Assembly (NCBI GenBank): GCA_965203355.1
Contig: OZ241889.1
Location: 1,472,001-1,536,000, forward strand
Length of the DNA: 64,000 nt
Source of the DNA: Candidatus Latescibacterota bacterium
GTDB taxonomy: Bacteria; Latescibacterota; UBA2968; UBA8231
Direction: 5' to 3'
Positions within the stretch are counted from its first letter, which is position 1. The number at the start of each line of letters is the position of its first letter. Made by a program: the position numbers and the translations under genes. The notes under the pieces are model-generated. The model saw only the letters and a program-made list of their open reading frames with translations. It made no database searches and had not been told where the DNA came from. Of this stretch, positions 58,038 through 64,000 are shown one piece after another.

Positions 58038-58796
58038 CTACATGTCGCGCAATAGCACTATAAACAACTCGACGTCATCTTGTTCTTCGCCCTGCAAGTC
58101 CACGCTGACTCCTGCGTTTAGCACCGTGCCATCGCCGAGGCCGATGTCGAGGTTCGGCGCTAAGCGGACGCTGAGGTCGTCTGCCAAGTCGGCGGTGTTG
58201 GACGTAAGAAGCAGGTCGAGGTACGCGCTTAGTTTTTCGCTGAATACTTGGGCTGGTTCGAGCAAGAGATCGACGACGATCCCCTCTTCGGCGTAGCCTT
58301 TGAGTGCGGCGACCTGCAATCGAGTGTTGAAGCGGAAGGTGGGCCCCATGCGGATGGTCTGCATGAGACCAACGGCTAGCCCTGGTTCGGAAATGTCGCC
58401 GGCCGGTAGGGCGAGGCCGACGGTCGCCGCGCGGTTGGGGCCGAGTTGGTACTTGCTGCCGACCACGATCGACGAAAGGTTGGAACGCCCGTCCTTGAAG
58501 AAGCCAAAGGTGAGCTGTGTGCCCACTTCAAAGCGCGCGTGGGGATTGAATTTGGCCATGGCCACGATGTCGCTCGCGTCCTTGAGTTCTTTGAACGTGG
58601 AGGAAGTGGTGCGGACGCCAATATCGACGCTAGTGTAGCCTAGGCCGCCCGGCAGGACGTAGTAGGGGTCGTAGCTGAGGGGAGCGTGGACGACCGGGGC
58701 TTCGGTCTCAGACGCGACCGCTTCTTCTGCGGGTTGAGCATGGATGGCGGTGCCCACGAATGCGACCACGCCGATCAGGGCGCAAAACAGGTGCAT
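58038..58796 (-). CDS. Exported protein, possible outer-membrane beta-barrel
   Basis: Signal peptide, RBS AGGAG, amphipathic strands throughout. Confidence 0.7.
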   Translation of the reverse strand: MHLFCALIGVVAFVGTAIHAQPAEEAVASETEAPVVHAPLSYDPYYVLPGGLGYTSVDIGVRTTSSTFKELKDASDIVAMAKFNPHARFEVGTQLTFGFFKDGRSNLSSIVVGSKYQLGPNRAATVGLALPAGDISEPGLAVGLMQTIRMGPTFRFNTRLQVAALKGYAEEGIVVDLLLEPAQVFSEKLSAYLDLLLTSNTADLADDLSVRLAPNLDIGLGDGTVLNAGVSVDLQGEEQDDVELFIVLLRDM

Positions 58797-58824
58797 AAGG
58801 TCTCCTAAAATTGTGAGGGAATGT

Positions 58825-59775
58825 TCAAAAGCCGCAGCGCTTACAGGCGCGGAAGAAAGGCTCGGCCATGGCGTAGGCCCCGCGAAAAACCATGTCGCTG
58901 GTGAGGGGATGGACGCAGATCAGGCGGGCGCCGTTGTCGATGGCTTCGACCATATTGTCTTCGATGTCTTGGGGATCTTCCATGGCGCCGTGCCCGACGA
59001 CGCGGCCCGTGTGGATGCCGCGCTCGGCCGCGGCGCGGAAGAGCGCGTTGACCGCGTCGTTGACGGCCGGGAGATCGCCCTCGCGCAGCATGGCGTCAAA
59101 CGGGCCGACAAAGCCACAGGCCTTGTTGCGCCCTTGGGTGGCCATCAGGTCGAGGACGCGGTCGCGGGTTTCAATGTCGATGATGTATTCCTTGGTCTCG
59201 AACTGGATCCAGCCTTGGGTCTCGGTCTCGGTGCGGCGCAATGCGTCGGGCGTGAACATCATGGCCCGCTCGCCGTCGCGCACTGGATAGCCGCCGCGAT
59301 CGTCTGGGGTGGCTTGGCCGGGAATGGGGAAACTGATGGCGCGGAAGTAGCGCTCGGCCTCCTCGTACGTGGTGCCATAGGGGCGCATTGTCGCGCGCGC
59401 TCCGAGCTGAAAGGCGTCGCCGTGTTCGGAGCGGGCCTCGCGGGCCAGGCGCTGAACCGGCAAGATGCCGTGGCGGGAGAGGACGGCGTTTTGCTCGCGG
59501 CCGTACCAGCCTTCCCATTGGCTGTGCTCGGCGTCGTTGACGATCCACGACCAGCCGGCCTTGGCCCAAGCGTGGACTTCGGCGTCGCGCAGTTTGTGCC
59601 ACGGCACGTCGTTGAAGCCGCCCAACAGGGGCGGCGTTGTGGCCACGGATTCGCACTGGTCGAGGGTTTCCTTGAGCGGGTTGCGGACGGGATTGCGGGC
59701 GTAATTGTAAGCGCGGCGGGCGAATTCCTCGGCGTTGAGGGGCCGGTTGCCGCCGATGGCTGCGATGGCGTCCAC
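58825..59775 (-). CDS. HpcH/HpaI aldolase-like protein
   Basis: AGWSWIVNDAEH, IQFET, FVGPFD match the DxEH / QIET / GPxD motifs. Confidence 0.75.
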   Translation of the reverse strand: MDAIAAIGGNRPLNAEEFARRAYNYARNPVRNPLKETLDQCESVATTPPLLGGFNDVPWHKLRDAEVHAWAKAGWSWIVNDAEHSQWEGWYGREQNAVLSRHGILPVQRLAREARSEHGDAFQLGARATMRPYGTTYEEAERYFRAISFPIPGQATPDDRGGYPVRDGERAMMFTPDALRRTETETQGWIQFETKEYIIDIETRDRVLDLMATQGRNKACGFVGPFDAMLREGDLPAVNDAVNALFRAAAERGIHTGRVVGHGAMEDPQDIEDNMVEAIDNGARLICVHPLTSDMVFRGAYAMAEPFFRACKRCGF

Positions 59776-59833
59776 TTAGGTGTCTCCTTGTTTTTGTTTC
59801 GCGTTTATAACGAGTCGCCCGATCAAAGAGCGG

Positions 59834-61147
59834 CTAGCCGGGCGGGAGCATACTGGACAACAGCGTCGCTAGGCCCAAAAACGAAAGGAAGCCCACGATG
59901 TCGGTCGCGGTCGTGAGAATGATCGAGGACGCTGTCGCCGGGTCGTGGCCGAGCTTGGCCAGCACGACCGGGATGGCTGCGCCCGCTATGGATGCGAGCA
60001 CCATGGACACTAACATGGCGCACAACATGACGAGAGCCAGCCCCATGCTCTGGCTCCAGATGAAGACGCCGATCGCGGTCACCGCGGCAATGGCCAGCCC
60101 GTTGCAAAAGCCGATTGCCAGCTCTTTGCCGAGGACGCGGCCCGCGTGTGAAGTGCGGATTTCGCGCAGCGCGAGTCCTCGCATGGTCACGGCGAGGGCC
60201 TGTGCGCCCGTGTTGCCCGACTGACCCGCGACTACGGGCAACAGGACCGCGAGCGCGGTAAACTTGGCAATGGTGTCCTCGAAGAGGCCGACGACCGCGG
60301 CCGCGAGAAAGGCGGTTGCGAGGTTGATGTTGAGCCAGGGCAGCCGGCTGCGAATGCCCACCCACGGCTTGGACAGGGCGCGCTCTTCCGCGGATACACC
60401 GACCATTTCTTGGACATCGCTCGCCAAGTCTTGCTGTGCCGCGCTCACGAGACCGTCGTGGCGAATGACGCCTACTACTTGTCCGGCAAAATCGACCACT
60501 GGCAAGCTGGTGAGGTGATAGGTGTTGAGGAGTTTGACGACTTCCTCTCGCGGCGTCATGGGCTGCACTTGCACGACGGTGCCGTCGCCGAGATCGCCGA
60601 GCCGCCGCTCGGGATCAGCGGCGACTAGGTCCGGCAGCCGCACCAAGCCCGCGTAGCGATCGTTTTCGTCGCGCAGCACGAGTGCCATGGCGCGGCGATT
60701 GCCGAGCTGGCGGATTCGCGCTAGCGCGGTGGCTACCGTGCAATCCACGGCGAAAGTGCTGACTTGGGCGTCCATGAGTGCGCCGGCCGTGCCCGGGGGA
60801 TAGGCGAGGATCGCTTGGATTTCCCGCCCGCGCTCGGCGCCCGCTGATGCGACGATCCGCGCCTGCGCTGATTCGTCGAGATGCGCCACGAGCCTGGCGG
60901 TCATGGCCGGGTCGAGTTGGGTGAGAAGGCGACTCAAGTGAGCGTCGTCCAAGTGCGTTAAAACGCGTGCGCCGCGCTCCAGCTCCATCCGCTGCAAAAC
61001 GGTTGCCGCGACCGCGTCGTCCACGCCCTGCAACACGCCGACGGCTTCTGCCGCCTCGGCGTCGTCTAACTGACGCGCCACTTGCTCGGGATGGAGTTCG
61101 ACGAATCGCTGGATGAGCACTTGGTGCGGAGTGGGCTGTTCCATCAC
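59834..61147 (-). CDS. mgtE: MgtE magnesium transporter
   Basis: N-domain, CBS pair, RLPWL, GQSGNTGAQ, DPA..TTATDIVGF. Confidence 0.92.
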   Translation of the reverse strand: MMEQPTPHQVLIQRFVELHPEQVARQLDDAEAAEAVGVLQGVDDAVAATVLQRMELERGARVLTHLDDAHLSRLLTQLDPAMTARLVAHLDESAQARIVASAGAERGREIQAILAYPPGTAGALMDAQVSTFAVDCTVATALARIRQLGNRRAMALVLRDENDRYAGLVRLPDLVAADPERRLGDLGDGTVVQVQPMTPREEVVKLLNTYHLTSLPVVDFAGQVVGVIRHDGLVSAAQQDLASDVQEMVGVSAEERALSKPWVGIRSRLPWLNINLATAFLAAAVVGLFEDTIAKFTALAVLLPVVAGQSGNTGAQALAVTMRGLALREIRTSHAGRVLGKELAIGFCNGLAIAAVTAIGVFIWSQSMGLALVMLCAMLVSMVLASIAGAAIPVVLAKLGHDPATASSIILTTATDIVGFLSFLGLATLLSSMLPPG

Positions 61148-61974
61148 GACTCTCGCTTGCCCGAGCTAGAGGCCGACCCTTGGAATACGCTGCGCAAGCC
61201 GAGGCCAAATAGTTCGCCGAGGGCCGCGGCCGTTTGCAAGCCGCTATCTGTCTGTGCCGCGCTGGCTTGCCGTCGCTCCAAAGCCCGCGCGGTTTCGTAG
61301 CGGAGGACTCCGACGAACTGGCCCGCTGTGTCCACCACGGGCAGCGCGAAGAAGCTGCGCCACGCTGGGTGTTCCACCGCAGTTTGCCAAGTGGCACTGG
61401 CGGCAATGGATTCGACGTGGCGCGTGCAGACCGACGCGAGCGAGGCATCGGGTCGGGCGCCCATTAGTTCCCGCATATTGACCACGCCGACGAGTCGCTG
61501 ATCGTCGGCCACCACGTAGAGATAGTAGAGCGTGTACGCCGGATTGCGCTGGAGCCGGGCGAGCACTTGGCGCACTGGTTCCTGCTCGAATGCGGTGATC
61601 ACCTGCGGATCCATGAGTGCGCCGGCCGTATCCTCGGCGTAGATGAGCAGGTTCGCAATCGCGGCTTGCCGACGCGAGGGAAAGCAAGCGAGGATGGCGG
61701 CTTGGCGCTGGCTCGGCGTCGCCCGCAAGATGGCTGCAGCTAGGTCCGGGCGCACGGTGCTTAGTATGGCGGCCGCCGCTTCCGTAGATAGCTGCTCTAG
61801 GGCGAGGGCGGCAGAAAGCGACGGCAGGTAGTGCAAAAGGCCGGCGGCAACGGCTGGCGCGAGGTCGCCGAGCACCAGTGCCGCTTCTTGGTGCGACATG
61901 CCCGCGAGGACGCCTGTGACTTCCGCCGGATGATCGGTGGCAAATTGCGCGAGGAGTTGTTGGTCAAGATTCAC
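61144..61974 (-). CDS. MgtE N-domain plus CBS-pair protein lacking the membrane domain
   Basis: YAEDTAGALMD, YYLYVV..LVGVV, ALPVVD..FVGVL; no TM segment. Confidence 0.85.
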   Translation of the reverse strand: MNLDQQLLAQFATDHPAEVTGVLAGMSHQEAALVLGDLAPAVAAGLLHYLPSLSAALALEQLSTEAAAAILSTVRPDLAAAILRATPSQRQAAILACFPSRRQAAIANLLIYAEDTAGALMDPQVITAFEQEPVRQVLARLQRNPAYTLYYLYVVADDQRLVGVVNMRELMGARPDASLASVCTRHVESIAASATWQTAVEHPAWRSFFALPVVDTAGQFVGVLRYETARALERRQASAAQTDSGLQTAAALGELFGLGLRSVFQGSASSSGKRES

Positions 61975-62788
61975 TGGGTACCTCCTTGCCTAGGCGGAGG
62001 CAGCGCTTTTCAAAGAACTGCTGGCCGGGGATGCCCAACTCGCCCTCGTCGTGCTCGACGAAAACGGTGGTGGCGGTCGTCCGCACGATGCGTCCGTTGT
62101 CGCTGCCGAGGCGAATGCGCTGCCCCACGCCGTAGGATTTGTTGACGTAGTGCATGGCGAGGATGTTGGCGATAATGCTGCGAGCCCCTAGCCCAAACGC
62201 AAAGGCCGCACCGGCGAGGAATGCGGCGAGCGCGATCGAGAAGATGTTCGTCAGCAGCGATACATCTACGCCGAGTTGCCTGATCGCCACGAGAATGGCC
62301 GTGCCGACGATGCCGCCCCGCACGAGGCGGGCCAGTTGCCGCCCCTGACGCGGCAGCAAGCGAAAGGCTGTAGCCGTGGCCGCATCGCTGATGAGGCGCC
62401 CGCCGACGAGGCCAGCAAACAGGACCGCGAGTGCTGCGATGACTTTGGGCAAGTATTGTGCTAAAGCGGCCAGATACGTGGTCAAAATCGGGAGCCCGAC
62501 CGCCTCACTGGCGACCATGACCGCGATCAACAAGACGAGCCAATAGACACTGCTTGAGAAAACGCGCCCAGCCTCTTGGTCGGCGAGGGCTTGTTGCCAA
62601 GCAACTGGGGCTAGCCGCTTGGAAAAACGCGCTACTAGGCGGCGCACGAGCGCACGGAGCGACCACGCCACGAGCCATCCGACGAACAGCACGACTAGGG
62701 CGACGACCAATTTGGGCAGCAGGTGGATGAAGCTCTCTTTTATGGAACCAAGGACGGCGATTACCTCAGCAGATGGGCTAGGCTCCAT
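61964..62788 (-). CDS. MscS-like small mechanosensitive channel (TM-helix repeat type)
   Basis: Two LPK(L/V)(V/I)xAL repeats, AFAFGLGARSIIANILA, short beta domain. Confidence 0.8.
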   Translation of the reverse strand: MEPSPSAEVIAVLGSIKESFIHLLPKLVVALVVLFVGWLVAWSLRALVRRLVARFSKRLAPVAWQQALADQEAGRVFSSSVYWLVLLIAVMVASEAVGLPILTTYLAALAQYLPKVIAALAVLFAGLVGGRLISDAATATAFRLLPRQGRQLARLVRGGIVGTAILVAIRQLGVDVSLLTNIFSIALAAFLAGAAFAFGLGARSIIANILAMHYVNKSYGVGQRIRLGSDNGRIVRTTATTVFVEHDEGELGIPGQQFFEKRCLRLGKEVPSES

Positions 62789-63127
62789 GAGACCCTCCGG
62801 TTACTTTTTGGTCTAATTACATTAAAGGCGATGGCCAGCCAATGAGAGGCTCTGTACGATGGCGAGATAATAGACGATCCCCATGATATGGTCAAACACC
62901 GCGCCCCCGGTGAAAACCATCAAATAGATGTCGCTGCCGCTGCGGAGATAGTGTGCAATTTAAGCGGCGGGACGCGCACGATGCTGACCAAGCGATCCAT
63001 CAGGCCGAGGCTAGGCCGTAAGGCTTGGTGGAGTTGAGGGAAGGGCGGGCCAACAGGCGGCGGTTGAATAGGGCTTCGGGTAGCCCCATGACCGCGGGTT
63101 TGCTGGCCTTGAAGTCCGCAGCTATTC

Positions 63128-63500
63128 CTAAATAGGACCTAACTCTTTGGCCCAAGCAGTCGTCCATCCGCAGCCGTCCGGCCTGTACTGATACTGGTAG
63201 CCGGTAATCGGCGCACCTCCATCGGACGCGGGTTTTTGCCAAGTAAGCGTCACCTGCCCGTCGCCGGAGGTGGCCGCGAGATTAGAAACCCTGCCCGGCG
63301 TACCCACCGGCGTGGTCGCCGCCGTGTTTGCTGGGCCTGGTCCCACCCTGTTGACGGCGCGGACCTTAAAGGTGTATTCCGTGCCGTTGGTCAAGCCGGC
63401 AATCGTTGCTCTCGCGTGTGCCACGTCCGTCCAGCCGCTGCTGTCCGGCCGATACTGATACTCGTAGCCGGTGAGCGCCGATCCGCCATTATCCGAGGGT
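63128..63500 (-). pseudogene. Fragment of a tandem fibronectin type III repeat gene
   Basis: PSDNGGSALTGYEYQYR..GLTNGTEYTFKVRAVN..GDGQVTLTWQKPASDGGAPITGYQYQYR; about 1.5 repeats with no proper start or end. Confidence 0.75.
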
Positions 63501-63766
63501 CAAGAGCATTGTACGCTTTAGGTCGAAGAAGCCTGCTGCAAGCCCACCTTGCGGCGTAGTGCATCCGCGTAGCAAGCAGATGGCGATTCTGCTCCGTGTG
63601 AATGGGTTGGGTTTCCGGCGCATTGGTGGTCAGTCATGGTAGCGTCGGCACACGGCGGCGTTCCAAATCCTCCGTCCGGCAGCGGGCGAACTGACGGTAG
63701 GGCTAGCGTGCGACAATGGGATGTGGCGCGGTTGCCGCTGTTGGGGCCAGCGGCTATTTTCCGGCT

Positions 63767-64000
63767 ATGCAAACGGAGCGAATTGGCTTGGAGGTGACTC
63801 GGCGGGCACTCGTATTGGGCGCGGGTGCAGCGCTATTCTTGAATCTGGCTTGTCCCTACTCAGTGCTCGTCCTGCAAAACGCGGGCCTGACCTCGGATTA
63901 CATTGCGGCTGGCGCGATGATGGTCTTTTTGGTGCTCGTCGGGCTGGTCAACCCCCTGCTGAAAGCCACAGTCAAGTCTTGGGCACTGCGCACGAGCGAA
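63767..64000 (+). CDS. 5' part of a second DUF6785-like membrane protein (runs off the window)
   Basis: MQTERIGLEVTRRALVLG..VNPLLK..LRTSE parallels TPKALIVG..LNPLLK..LQRGE of 589-2535; not in the ORF track. Confidence 0.75.
   Translation, partial: MQTERIGLEVTRRALVLGAGAALFLNLACPYSVLVLQNAGLTSDYIAAGAMMVFLVLVGLVNPLLKATVKSWALRTSE

Noticed and set aside
58744-59916. 390-aa plus-strand ORF
   Set aside because: Antisense shadow of the aldolase-like gene.

Overview
GC-rich bacterial chromosomal window. Gene content (DUF6785-like membrane proteins, FlgD-Ig/CHU_C-tailed secreted proteins, a C-terminal 'TWGKIK' motif, TPR+CRTAC1/ASPIC, Rpn, FN3 remnants, sulfatase and PhyH catabolism) resembles Latescibacterota/Poribacteria-like, probably host-associated genomes; this is inference, not a database result. 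The backbone is catabolic and transport genes. Accessory parts: (1) a type I restriction-modification operon (11.0-19.9 kb) carrying three extra genes between hsdS and hsdR (PD-(D/E)xK-like protein, XRE-ImmA/IrrE peptidase, DUF4411 PIN-like protein); (2) an ~11 kb minus-strand surface-protein operon with three paralogues ending in 'PNGDG.N(D/E)...WD...PPG.Y...V.Y', a putative barrel protein and a lipoprotein; (3) single-gene cassettes inside operons, one flanked by an exact 33-bp duplication of the dppB/dppC junction with no transposase or integrase; (4) a lower-GC three-gene islet with a Cas2/VapD-like protein; (5) several genes eroded by clean internal deletions. No rRNA, tRNA, CRISPR array or IS transposase was seen. 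Family names come from motif recognition by eye.
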